A program made the position numbers and the translations under genes. A stretch of DNA of 64,000 nt, from positions 7,938,001-8,002,000 of the forward strand of contig CM075988.1 of assembly GCA_038087875.1 (NCBI GenBank). The letters are read 5' to 3'. Below the pieces are notes generated by a model that did not search any database, was not told the origin of the DNA, and saw only the letters and a program-made list of their open reading frames with translations. How positions within the stretch are numbered: the first letter of the stretch is position 1; the number at the start of each line of letters is the position of its first letter. Origin of the DNA: Malacoraja senta (taxonomy: Eukaryota). Shown here one piece after another: positions 39,106 to 52,300 of the stretch.

Positions 39106-39787
39106 TGGGCCTGTCCCACTTAGGCGACCTTTTAGGCGACTGCAGGAGACTATGCGGTGGCCACATGGTCGCCACATGTTCGCAGGTGGTTGCCGGGTAG
39201 CCGCCTTCATGGTTGTGAGGAGTTCCCGCATTCTGGGAACTAGTTGCGGCCTCATTATGGTCGCCGCACATTTTCCAACATGTTCGAGAATTCTCGTGCC
39301 GTAGGTAGGTCGCCAGGAGGTTCTAGTGGGTTGCCAGGAGGTCGAAGGTCCTCGTAGGTTGTAGCCAGTGCTGACCGGTGAATTTCATTGGCTTACTGGG
39401 AAAAAAACCCATAAGCAGTAGTTTCCCGAACCAAGGATAACCGACCGGTAAGGTCTCCACTCCTTCTCCCCCTTCTTCCCCCATCTTCTCCCCCCTTTCC
39501 CCCCCCTCTCCCCCCTCTTTCAAAGGACGTGACCCCTCCCATACACTGTGCTTTCACCATCTTAATTACAGCGCCAACCTTCCTGTTCATCGCGGTGTGT
39601 GTCTGTTTCACATTGGCTTTGCACCGTGTGAATTTCACTCAGACAGCGCTCCCTTCGCTTGCCCTGTCCCCCGCCTGCATAACGGGCTGGTGAAGGAAGC
39701 GATGTGTGTGTGTGTGTTCCACTCTGACAGTCGCCATTCCGGTCGCCGGCAGTTCACCTGAAAAATCACCTAAGTGGGACAGGCCCA
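39106..39787. mobile_element. PIF/Harbinger-type MITE inserted in a Penelope terminal module
   Basis: TIRs tgggcctgtcccacttagg / cctaagtgggacaggccca. It interrupts ctgagtt|acttcaacattttgtgtctatc. Confidence 0.8.
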
Positions 39788-41267
39788 TAACTTCAACATT
39801 TTGTGTCTATCTTTGTGCTTGAAATTGAACCAGGTAAGCCAAATGTCAAATCGACAGAGTTTCTAACATGTCGATAGTGGATCATCAGATATTTACTGAA
39901 ACTGGTCAGCATCAATTGACTGTTTGTGGAATGCTAGTGTCTACATATTAACTCCTGTAATTCCTGTGCTACAATCACGCACCTTGAGGCATCATAGATT
40001 AGAGCCCACAGGTGCGTTAATATTACAATTCATGCTGCAAATGTTGACGATATAGGCAACCAGACTGAAGGCATTGGCATACCTCTCAGCAATGCATTGT
40101 CACACCATTCCTAACTCTAACATTCAATATACCAAGTATTGAATAAAAACAGAACTACTTAAATATGTTGGAACATTGCAGGAAGAAGCTTTAGGTCACG
40201 TTATTTTAGACTTTAGAGAAACAAAGCGGAAACAGGTCATTTGGCTCACTCAGTAAGTGCTGACTGGTGATCACCCCGTACTCCAACACTATCCTACACA
40301 CACTAGGGACAATTTATAATTTTACCAAAGCCAATTAACCTACAAACCTGCACATCTTTAGAGTGTGGGAAGAAACCGGTGCACCTGGAGAAAACCCACA
40401 TGGTCACAGAGAGAACGTACAAACATCGTTCAGACAGCACCCATAGTCAGGATTGAACCTGGGTCTCTGGCGCTGTAAGGCTGCAACTCTACCACTGCGA
40501 CGCCGTGATGCCCAATCTCCTAGTTGTGAACTTTTATAATGAACTGACACCCAAAGACACAAACAGCTAATGTCAGGAATGTCTAGTCCAGTGCCAAAGA
40601 TGTGTGCAATATTCTTTCTGTTGTTCTTGAAAGTGGGTGAGTCTAATTCCACTGAAGTTACCCTGGCTATTCTTCACAGCATGATGTGCACTGGAGTTTG
40701 TTACAGCCAACACGAAGAGGACCCGAATCTCAGGCGTTGATCTTATTACCTCTACAATCAACTGATGTCTCAAACAAAACACTCTAAACCAAGGTTTAGT
40801 TCAACTAACTTCTAACCCAGCATCTGCAGTTCTTTCCTACACATTTAGTTCAATTTAATCTTTATTAGCATTCAAGTTATTCCAGCACACATTCCACCAC
40901 TGACTTCTAATAACTGACAATTTAATGTATTATTCTGGCATTACTTCTTGCACTAAATCACAAGACTCATGACTTACACTCATATATTACCCACATGAAT
41001 GAATTGGCCAGATTCACTCCGATGGTCGGGTTAGACATTTCTGAGCTTCAGACGCGGGTCCCCCTTCCTGCGATGGTTGTTCCTGGGGTTGTTGCTTCTG
41101 ATGTCTCGGTCTGCCCTTATATATTATTTTATTTCCTTCAATTTCCTTCAATCTTCTAGAGAAAGCCTTTGTTTTAAGCCAGGGCTCTCCTGACGTCAAT
41201 CATTTCAATTTGTCACTCAACCAAGGGCTGACTAAACAAAACACATCTTCGTTCCTTATCAGTCTAG

Positions 41268-42005
41268 AGAGTGGTGTCACAGGTAGAAAGGGTGGTCAAA
41301 AAGGCTTTTGGCACATTGGTCCTCATCGGTCAGGTATTGAGTATAGACATTGGCAGGTCATGTTACAGTTGTATAATGCATTGGTGAGGCCATAGCTACA
41401 GTATTATGTTCAGTTTTGGTCACCATGTTATAGGATATTGTCAAACTGGAAAGCGTGCAGAGAAGATTCACAAGGATGTTGCCAGGACTCGAGGGCCTGA
41501 GCTATAGGGGGAGATTGAGCAGGCTAGGGCTTTATTCCTTGGAGCACAGGAGGATGAGGGGTAATCTAATAGAGGTGTACAAAATTATGAGAGGAAGTCT
41601 GAAGAAGGGCCTCGACCCGAAAAGTCACCCATTCCTTCTCTCCAGAGATGCTGTCTGAGTTACTCCAGCTTCTTGTGTCCATTTTAGATTTTAAAATATA
41701 GTCTTTTGTCCAGAGTTGTAGAATTAATAACCAGAGGACATAGGTTTAAGGTGAGGGAGGGTAAGATTTGATAGGAACCTGAGGGGTAACTTATTTACAC
41801 AAAGGGTGGTGGGTATATGGAAGGTTGCTGGAGGTGGTAGTTGAGGCAGGTACTTTCATAACATATAAGAGACAATTAGACAGGTACATAGATATGAAAG
41901 GTTTAGAGGGTTACGGGCCAAATGCGGGCAGTAGGACTAATATAGATGGGACATGTTGCCTAGCATGGGCAAGTTGGGCCGAAGGGCCTGTTTCTGTGCT
42001 GTATG

Positions 42006-42008
<3 letters not shown>
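41268..42008 (+). mobile_element. CR1-family LINE 3' fragment with Penelope module inserted at about 41595-41690
   Basis: QVMLQLYNALVRP; QRRFTRMLPGLEGLSYRGRLSRLGLYSLEHRRMRGNLIEVYKIMRG. Confidence 0.88.

Positions 42009-42085
<77 letters not shown>
42009..42085. repeat. (CT)n microsatellite at CR1 tail
   Basis: Direct reading. Confidence 0.95.
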
Positions 42086-42089
<4 letters not shown>

Positions 42090-43069
42090 TACATACACTT
42101 TTAATTACGAAAAAGTTTATTTTTGGGGAAGTAAAATGAAGGTTAGCTGACATTGGGCTGTAGGTGGCATTGTAGCAGAAAGTGCCCCTGTGTCCATACA
42201 TGTGCACTTCCAGTCAGAGGTCACTGGAGGTCAGCCATATAAGCCTTGGAAACAATGCAGTCAATTATATGGTTGCACCACTGTCCCATTGCAGGTCCAT
42301 GAATGTTAGTTAAAGTCTGCAACCATCATGTTCTTTATGATCCATTGCAACCTTGCACCATCTAGCCACTGAATAATCAGGCAAAGATCCACATCAACAA
42401 AGTTCAAACATTGCAGATTAACATGAAACATTTATTGCCATAGACTCAATGGACTGAAGAGCCTGTTGTATGACTCCATGGTTCTATTACTTTGGAAAAT
42501 AACTTTTGTCTTCAGACTTTAGAGATTTAGCATGGAAACAGGCCCTTCAGCCCATTGAGGCCACGCCGACCAGCAATCACCCCGTGCACTAGCACTATCC
42601 TACACACAAGGGACAATTTACAATTTTTACCAAAACCAATTAACTTACAAACCTGTACGTTGTTGGAGTGTGGGAGGAAACTAGAGCACTTAGAGAAAAC
42701 CCATAGGGAGAACGGAGAAAGCGAGTAAAGGCACCAAGGATACAACAAACATCAAGGATGTGTAAATCAGTCTACAATCTGCCTTGGCTTCTTTGTACAT
42801 CACAAGCTGTTCCTGGTTTGTGAATTTGGGAACTGCATTGGGTAGTTGAATGGAGAAACCCGATGGCCCTATCCTTTCAATATTATTTTAACAATTCAGA
42901 GATGCGAAATTTATTTCTACCAAAGTAGCTGTGGAATTTAAATTCAATCATTAATCTGAAATTTAAAAAAAACCTTGTCATTTCAAAACAGGTGGATTTT
43001 TGTAAGATCATATTTGGTTCACTGATTCTCCGCAAGAGAGTTAAACTTGCGTAGATGGGCATTATGGAT

Positions 43070-44030
43070 TAGACCCAGATAGAGTGGATGAAGAGAGGGT
43101 GTTTCCAGTAGTGGGAAAGTCTAGCACCAGAGGGCACAACCTCAGAATACAAAGACGTATGTGTAAAATGGAGATGAGAAGGATGGGGAAACCATGGAAT
43201 TCATTGTCACAGATGGCAGTGGTGACCAAATCATTTGGTATTATTGAAATGGAGATTGATAGGTTCTTGATTAGTAAGGGTGTCAAATTTTACGGGGAGA
43301 AGGCAGGAGAATGGGATTGAGAGAGAAAAACAGATCAGTCATAATCATATGGCGGAGCAGACTCGATGGGATGAATGGCCTAACTTTGCTTCTGTGTCTC
43401 ATGGTCTTATGGTTGGGCCAAAGGGCTTGTTTCTGTGCTGTGTGATCATAACTACACCATCTTTACCCAGTCCACACTGCATTTGATTCCAAACTGCTGA
43501 TAGCCAAGCAGTTTGCAGCAACTGATATGCTGTGACGGAGAAAGAGTTAAAGAAGGTGATCGTCTGGCATCGACCTGGAAATGAACAGTGAGGACACCAT
43601 CCATCGTGTTAAGTTACACCACAATGGGGCTAAACTCAGAACAGAGTTGACAGCTCAGAAACAGGGAGGACCTTATTGAAATGTACCGAATAGTGAAAGG
43701 ACTGGATAGAGTGGATATGGAGAATACGTTTCCACTAGTGGGAGAGTCTAGGACCAGAGGTCATAGCCTCAGAATTAAATGACATTCCTTTAGGATGAGA
43801 AGGAACTTCTTAAGTCAGAGGTTGGTGAATCTGTGGAATTCTTTGTCACAGAAGGCTGAGGAGGCAGAGATAGATAGATTATTGAATAGTACGGGTGCCA
43901 GGGGTAATAGGGAGAAGGCAGGAGAATGGGGTTAGGAGGGAGAGATAGATCAGCCATGATTGAATGGCGGAGTAGACTTGATGGGCCAAATGGCCCAATT
44001 CTGTATCTATCACTTATGACCTTATGACCT
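43070..44030 (+). mobile_element. Two CR1 3' end fragments (about 43070-43445 and 43665-44030)
   Basis: gtttccagtagtggg..accagagggcacaacctcagaat and ggagaaggcaggagaatggg..gatcagccatgattgaatggcgg modules. Confidence 0.8.
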
Positions 44031-44600
44031 TAAACAGGCAACCATGTGATGCCACTGCCCACAGGAACCACTGGGAACGCAGGGGAAGCAAGTCTGTTTA
44101 TTACTAATCCATTTCACAGGATGTGGGCAAGGTCAGCATTTAGTGCCCTTCCCTAACAGCTCTTGAACAAAGTGGCTTCTGAGACTATTTCAGACAATCA
44201 AGGGTGACAGCTTCCTTGCATTTTACCACTGTGATCACTCATTGCAATGTCATGTAACTGAGGACACCAGTTTTTGCATGGAATTAATTACTCAAAGTAA
44301 TTTGTTCAAAGACAAGAAAGAGTTTGCATTTTTGATAGTGCCTTTCGTGACTGAAGGACTACACTGAGCATTGTAGATGTCACTGAAGCATTGATTCAGT
44401 AGTTCCACTGCTGTAATGTTTGATACACCACAGCAAGTTGTTGGAGATCAGCGTCTCACACAGAACAATGGAAGATGACCAAGTGATCCTTGAAGAATAT
44501 GTTAAAAATACATTGAAAAAGCTGAGCAAGTATGGCCGCATCTAACAGGGCGGAGCAGGGAGAGAAGGCAATGTGTTTGATTCTCCAGCTGTGATTCTTT

Positions 44601-45017
44601 GGCCCCCTTCGGTCGTGGCTGACCATGGATGTCTCCAGGGTGCTATTCCCTATATGGAGGACACCTATGCGTGACTATGTTTAACGTGGGGAGACGGTTG
44701 CACAGACAGCCACCCCACGGTCCTTGACAGATCTGGGTCAGGATCCAGTGGAATGGAGTCCATGACGACCGGAGACCCTTTTCTGCTGCAGCCTTCATCC
44801 GCCTTCCCAGCCGTTGTGACGCTCCACTGAGGTCAGCCATCGTCCTCCGCCTGTTCCACCGTTGAGGTCCTGGTTGGATTGCTCTTTGTCAGAGACCTCC
44901 CCCTCTACCTTACCGCCATGGATGGCCCTACCAGGAGCATAGCTCCAGACGGCATCGCTCTCAGGATCTCAGGTCCGCACAAGCTTCTCCACCACGACAA
45001 GGTGACAATCCATGGAG
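44601..45017 (-). mobile_element. Short RTE-derived non-autonomous element (RTE-like 5' UTR joined to RTE-like 3' end)
   Basis: Minus strand starts ..gtcaccttgtcgtggtggagaagcttgtgcgg..gagctatgctcctggtagggcc, which resembles RTE/BovB/Expander 5' ends. It ends catggtcagccacgaccgaagggggcc, an RTE-type 3' end. No ORF. Confidence 0.6.
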
Positions 45018-45769
45018 AATCGGTGATTAGACAGATAATAATAGAGGCCTGTATACCAGCTGCCTAAATGAAGTGAAATCAAACAAAGCTGTTCCAGACT
45101 GAAGGTGTAAAGCTAATGTCTGCCTGATAGATTAAGTTACTATGTCAATTGCTTCTCCAGGCCTTCCATAGTTCACAGTGCAGTAGACTGAGCATCTCTC
45201 TGGCATTAGTAGAAACAAGGAACTGCAGATGCTGATTTACCACAAAAAAAGGACAAAGTGCTGGAGTAAATCAGAGGGTCAGGCTGCATCTCTGGAGAAC
45301 ATGGATAGGTGATGTTTCTGGTTGGGAGAAGGCTTCAGCCATCTGCCAAATGAATCAAGGGATATGGGAAAAAAAGCAGGAACGGGGTACTGATTTTGGA
45401 TGATCAGCCATGATCGTATTGAATGGCGGTGCTGGCTCGAAGGGCCAAATGGTCTACTCCTGCACCTGTTTTCTATGTTTCTATGTGTCCTCTCGCCTGT
45501 ATCCAGTTGCTGCCTGACCCGCTGAGTTACTCCAGCATTTTGTGTCCATCTTCGATGTAAACCAGCATCTGCAGTTCATTCCTACACATTTCCTCCACCT
45601 ATTACCTGCCACGCTTTGTGCTGCCCCTCCTTTTTCCAGCTTTCTTCCCACCCACCCCTTACAATCAGTCTGAAGAAGGATCCTGACCCAAAACGTCACT
45701 GAAACATTTCCTCCAGAGACGCTGAGTTACTCCAGCACTTTGTGTCCTTTTATGTAACCAACACCTGCC

Positions 45770-46139
45770 CAGGCACGGAAATCGCTGTCAAAACCTGCGG
45801 GGGACACAATGTCTTGGCAACCGCGCGCACACATGCGCACACATGCGTACACATGCGTACACATGCGAGGCTTCGGCCGTGGGGCTTGAATCGGCCCGTT
45901 CACGGGGTCTTTCATCGGCCGGCGGAGGCTTCAACATCAGGAGTCTCGATCGCCTTGATGCAGCAGTTTGATTTTAAGCCGCACCGGGCGCTGAAAGGCC
46001 CCACGAACGGGCCGATTCAGCCCTTAGATAGCGGCTGATAAAATCCGGATGACAAAACATGGGGGGGGGACGTCCCCCACCTCTCAAAGCAGTGGGGACA
46101 TGTCCCCCCTGTCCCCCCCCCCAGGATTTCCGCCCCCTG
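45770..46139. mobile_element. Candidate hAT-like MITE inserted in a Penelope module tail
   Basis: Imperfect TIRs caggcacggaaatc / gatttccgccccctg. Flanks cctgcc / cctgca. CpG-rich interior. Confidence 0.5.
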
Positions 46140-47329
46140 CCTGCAGCTGCTTGCTTCTACTAAATTTGAGCACCTCACTTGGTTGTTTAAATTCTCCACC
46201 CCATCCCTTCTCTAATTGCTCTGTCTGTGGTCTCCTGCACTGGTCTCCTGTGGTGCAAGCTTGAGGAACAACAACTCATCTTTCATTTAGTCACGTTGTC
46301 AGTTTGTCTATCATGTGTAGCTTGCTTTCTCTGTCAATATCAGCATTGGCCTCTTCTGCTGTAAATGATTGATCTGTGTTCTTGGCTCAGTTTATCATCC
46401 TCCATTGGCACAGCTTCACCTGTTGGACCTGTCCTACAGCACTGACATTAACACATGGAGCTTCTTTGTTTGTATCATCACCTTCCAACTACCTTTGTTA
46501 ATCCGCTTTTACTGGATGATCCTCATCCACATGACAAAATATTCCCTTTGTCCTATCCAAACCTTCACTTTCACCTTTGATGCAGTTACTCATTTCATTC
46601 TTTATTATCATTCCCATTCTGGCAAAAGATCTTCAACCTTAAATGTTAATATGTGTTTCTTCTTCCACAGTTGCTGCCTGACCAGCCGAGTATTTCCCAC
46701 GTTATCTATTTTTACATCAGATTTCCAGCAGTTTTTTAAAAATATGTTCCATTCCTCTAGTTTCTCATATATTGCTACTACTATCCAGATACTTTCTGCT
46801 CAACAATTTAGGGAAGATAAATCTAAAGATGTTCTTATCCTCTGGGTGAAGGATCATCTTCCCATCTCATTCATGAAGTGTGGACCACGTAATTGGAGAT
46901 ATATTTATTTGCTTCTGTACATTGTCCCTGGTGTATAGGATAGAACGAGTGTATGGAGGATCGTGGTTGGCGCAGACTCGATGGGCCAAAGGGCCTGTTT
47001 CCACCCTGTATCTCTAAACTAAAACTAAAGATGCTGGTTTACACAAAAGGACACAAAATGCTGTAGTAACTCTGCGGATCAGGCAGTATTTCTGGAGAAC
47101 GTGGATAGGTAACATTTTGGGCTGGGTCTCTTCTTCAGACTGATTGTGGTGAACCTTTGGTGTACTGTGCTATCACAAATGTCTCTTTCTGTACACATTT
47201 ACCAAAAAGTAACCTACAAATTATCTGAAGTTATTTTATCTTTCCCTTTCAATTAATTTTAAAGAAGCCAGATTGATCACCTATTCATTTTCCTTTTGTC
47301 CTCTAAATACCACCACCTCAGAGACATTG

Positions 47330-47640
47330 TTTGAGACATCAGGGTCTGTATTCAGTAAAGTTGCTGTTGTCTTTCTGACCACCACGTCCCTGCTTGACCA
47401 TGGTTATGCTGGTTAACTAACACCCAATATTGCCAGGACACCAACTTCTTACCATTGACAATGGGGAAGACTGAAACGATTGTCTTTGGTTCCTGCCACA
47501 ATCTCGGCTCCTGGGAACTTGTCTGAAGGTGAGCCAGAATGAGTTTGAGTTGAGCAGCCTTGTTTCTGTGCAGGTAAGGAGCTGAGCTTTCATCCACATG
47601 CCTGTTCCAGCTTCATCGGCAAGACTTGGCTCAGGCCCCA
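47330..47640 (+). mobile_element. Ancient L2-like LINE RT remnant
   Basis: Translatable as NFLPLTMGKTETIVFG, resembling the L2 motif NFLxLNxxKTE. Confidence 0.45.
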
Positions 47641-48919
47641 AACACTAGTTATTCTTCCACTCCCTCCACACTCACTCATCCAACATTCTGTAGCCCCTAT
47701 GGTAAGTTACTCCAAGTTCCATCATAGTTGTGCATATTGACCCACACTGGATCTCAATCGGTTCACAAATCTTCAGCCTTTTTCTTCCTCTGTGAGCAAC
47801 CAATCTCTCTCTAGCTACACCTATTGTGTGCGTCCACACCTTTTCCAAGCCCACAGCCTTCTTCAATTTCCACAGTGGTGCAGCATCTAGAGATGCTGTC
47901 TCTTGGGGTGGGACAGAGATCTGGGCTCGATCCCAACCTCAGCTGCTGGATGTGTGGAGTTTGCACGTTCTCCTTTATGATTGTGTCAGTTTGCACTGGG
48001 TGCTATGGTTTCTTCCCACATCCCAAGGATGTGCGGGTTTGTAGGTTCATTGGTCTTAGTAAACTGCCCCCAGTATTTAGGGGGTGGATACGAAAATGAG
48101 ATAACATGGATCTAGTGTGAACGGGTGATCGATGGTCAGTGTGGGCTCGGTGGGCCGAAGGGCCTGTTTTAAGCTGTATCTTTCAATCAATCAAACATTC
48201 CTCCAGCGTAGTGCCCTCGTGGCCTCAAGTTTAATCTCCATTCACAGTAACTTGACCCTAAATAGACACAAAAGCATTCAGCAGATGGGGCAGGAGGTGT
48301 TGAGTGCGAAACTGATTGAATATTTCAATTTTGTAAACTTCTCACCGGACGGTTATTGATCCGGGATATTAACTGTATTTCTCTCCCCATGCTACCTGAC
48401 CTGCTGAGTGTTTTGGGACATGTTACAGAATTTGGAAGATATTTCAGCTTTGAAACTATGAAAAATAATCTTTGGGACCAGAGGGTGGAATTGTTTTTAA
48501 AATGTTCATTATGCATCATTGATTTTTCAACACAATCGCATCAAGACAGAAAACTTCAGTAAGCGATTAGGGGAGAAAACAGATCCATTTAATAAAGAAA
48601 CAAAGAACTGCAGATGCTGGTTTATACCAAAGATAGACACAAAGTGTTGGAGTAAATCAACTGATCAGGCAGCATCTCTGGAGAAAAGGGACCCTTTTTC
48701 TCCAGAGATGCTGCCTGACCTGTTGAGTTACTCCAGCACGTTGTGACTATCTTTAGATCTATTTGATATGTCAAGCTCAGTAACTTCTCATCCCAAGGAC
48801 ATTGATCTGAAACACATTAATTGTGCTTCTCTGTCTGACCTGGTGAGTTTGGGGACTTTTTTTTCAGTTTTTATTCTCGGTGACTATAAATAATTTTTTG
48901 CTCCTCCATCGCCTTGAAG

Positions 48920-49243
48920 GAGTTAAATTACATGGGCGGGACTTGGGGGTTGGGAGAGCGGAGTGATAGAGGGCTGTCCCATCCGCACCCAGGCCGTGAG
49001 GGAAATGTCACGAAGCAGAGGGCAGGGGAAGGGACAACACACGGTGTAGTCAGTAACCTTTTTATTAACAAACCACAGCAAAGAGGGAGAGGGATTTTAA
49101 ACAAGAGTCGGCGAAGAAGAAAGGTTGATGGAAACATGAGGGGGGCGGGGCAGCACTAGAAGTTTAACCTTTGCAAAGAGTTTTCTGGGAGTTGTTTGAA
49201 GTTTGATGAGTTTGAGGGAGCGGGTTTCAGATGCTCAGCACAG
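48920..49243 (+). promoter_or_regulatory. Putative promoter / 5' UTR of first exon B
   Basis: GC boxes GGGCGGG at about 48934 and GGGGCGGGGC at about 49142. CpG-retaining unique sequence directly 5' of a signal-peptide exon. Confidence 0.5.
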
Positions 49244-49310
49244 ATGGACGTTGAGGCACGACTACTCTTCCGGCTTCTACTGCTTTGGAAACTCTCCGCT
49301 TCCTTGGGAG
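49244..49310 (+). CDS. First coding exon B: signal peptide MDVEARLLFRLLLLWKLSASLG, phase-1 donor
   Basis: 67 nt from ATGG to a near-perfect donor GAG|gtgagt. Hydrophobic core plus small-residue cleavage region. GC boxes upstream. Confidence 0.7.
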
Positions 49311-52300
49311 GTGAGTGCAGAAGTTGTTTCAACTAGTGACACCTCGGTTGTCATCTCAGATTTGTATGGAGCTTTCAGACAATTTTAGGTATTCTCACAC
49401 TGTGATTGTAAATGAAAGAAAACACAGTATCTCTGCGTTAGTTGCATTGGAACAACGTCGATTAAGTTGCAAGTTCTGTAGAGCCGGAATGAAATGCCCC
49501 AAAAGCAAACGGTAACGGGGTAGAAACAAGAAACTGCGGGTACTCCTTTACACATAAGGACACAAAGTGCTGGTGTAACTCAGCGGGTCAGGCAGCATCT
49601 CTGGGGAACGTGAGAAGGTGAAATGACATCGAAATCTGTTTCTCCCTCCACAGATGCTGCTTGATCAGTTGAGTGTTTCTTTATTTGCCTTTAATTCCCA
49701 TTTAACTTTGTACTGTTCAATATTTAGGTAAAACACCTCGTTAACTTTCTAGATAGACGCAAAGCGCTGGAGTAATTCAGTGGGACAGGCAGCATCCCCG
49801 GAGAAAAGGAGTAGGTGATGTTTCGGGTCGAGACCCTTCCTCGGACTTCTTGAAACTCTCTTCCTTCTCAACTAGTAGTGCAAAATTCCCAGAGCGTAAT
49901 GGGAACAGGAGTATTTCTAGTTTTATATGAAATTTAAAAAACCTGTCTCCTAATGTAGTCCCATCGTTAAATTGCATGCGTTTTCCAGAAGAGGTCGTAT
50001 CGACGAGTGCATGCGAATCTCCAAGTTTCATAAACATTGCTTTGAAGCTGCGAAAAACAAGCTTTTTGGAGTAGATGGTGGAATAGTTTAGTAAATGTTT
50101 CATTGTACATCTTTGCTTTTTTTAAAAAACATTCGCGTCTAGCCAGATAAACTTCTGTAAGCGTCGGGATAAGATACCAGATCTATTTGTAAAACGACCC
50201 TTCTTAAGGTGTTCATCCAGACACAACACATTTAATTTCCACAGAAATGCAGGAACTAACATGTGTCTGAGCCAGCCAGTAATTAACTTCATTTACATTT
50301 TTAAAAGAACATCTATTTAATTTGATTTCTTTTGTACTTTTGGAAACGCCGGAATGTAATCACAATGCCTCCTAAAGCCCTCCTTCACACAAATATTATT
50401 CCTAGCCCCCCAAAATTATACTTTACAGACACTTTGTAAAGGCTTTGATTCTGTGCCATTGTTTGATGTTGCTTTTTTGTTGATTTTGCCTATCCCAACT
50501 GATAAATGCACTAAAAGGACTTGGTCAGGCTGCACAGTTTGTTCTGATATCAGTCTTGATGGGCAGCGAGCCATTATTATTGGTCTCAGCACAATTGAAA
50601 GGAGAGAAATCGGTCTCTTTGGTCAGTGGTGCTGGAAAAATGTTCTTAAACGTCTGGGCATGTTGCTTTCCCCATTGAATAACAGCTTGTGTTTATATAA
50701 ACCCCTCTAAGACATTCACCGAGCTTGAAGATCAAACCACACAAGGAGATAATAGACAAGGCGATGAAAAGCTTGATCAAAGGGAAGGTTTTAAGGAATG
50801 CATTAAAGGAGAGAAGATGATATTGAGAAAGGAATTCCTAGTTCCGTACAGCAGCTTAGGGAAGGAGGTGAAGGGATAAGCCACCAACAATGAAGCCATG
50901 AATATGATGGTCCAAGTGATTAAAAACGGAGACACAAGGAACTGCAGATGCTAGAATCTTGCATAGAACACAAAATGCTGGGGTAACTCAACGGGTTTGG
51001 CAGCTCCTCCTCAGGATACGGACAGGTGACATTTTGGGTCAGGACTGTTCTTCAAACTGATGCTCATTCACCCCACCCCTCATCTGACACCCTTTTGTCT
51101 CCTTCTTTCCCTTTTTGTCTTATTTTCATCTTTAGCTTTTGTCCATCCATTTGCCAATATAATGTAAACCCTCGCCTTTATCCATCTATGTCCTGTCCCC
51201 AGCTCTTTTCCAGCTTTCTCCTCCTTCTACAATCAGTCTGAAAAAGGATCCCGATCCAAAACGGCTTGTCGCAGCCAACACCAGGGCTCTGTGGGGGTGG
51301 AGCACAGTCTAGAGCCCTTCCCCAGCAGGACATTGGGGAGGGGGGAGGGGGGTCGGGGTCTGGGGGAGATGCCCCTCAAACAAGGGAAGGGATCTCAACA
51401 AATGTGTCCATATGGCTGCTTGATGTAAGGATAGTTTGTGAACACTAACACAAATAACACTGATGAATGTATGTATAGATGCTGAGAATGTTGGTGGACC
51501 TTTGGCACTGTTCTTGGTTTGCATATATATTTTTTATTATTCTGAATAAAGTATTATCTCTGGAAATAAAATGTTCCCCAGAGATTCTACTTGACCCGCT
51601 GAGTTACCCCTACACTTTGTGCTCTGAACCAAAGCAGAGAAATACATATCCCTCAAAGAAATAAATTGTTTGTTTGCATTGGTACTGATGGAGAAAGCTT
51701 CATTAACAAACCAAACACTTGTGGCAGCACTTCAAGACAACACCATTGGGAATGTTCCAATGATATCAACCATTGCATTACACACAACTAATTTCCAGAG
51801 ATTTATTTTCTGCAGAGCATGTTATAATCTGGCATATGCAGCTTAAGATGATGGTAGTATCATATTAAGCAGAAATACCAGAGGGGAATTGGTTATTTAA
51901 AAGAAACTGAAGAAGAGCAGGTGATTGAGAAATTGAATAACTCTCTTAAAGAGCTGTTCTGGGCCTTGTACGTACCTTATGATCCTTTTGGTTGGATGGC
52001 TCCATAAGAATCAAAATAGATGTGAAACGTGTAATCTGTTTAATGCACATTCACACTTGCTTCAAAGGTAAATGGAAACCCTTGTATTTGTTGGGAAGAT
52101 GGTGGTGATAATAATTATATGACGGCCTACAGTCTGCTGGGAGAACAAAGAATGTTGAAGGAATTCATCGTTCCTCCTCTAAGCTACCTTACACATCAAC
52201 CCCTCGGCAAAAGGGATTTCACTTTAATTACTTTAGAATCATTGAGTTGTACTGCGTAGATAAGGGCCCTTTGGCCCATCATGTTCAGTCTCAAGAAGGG

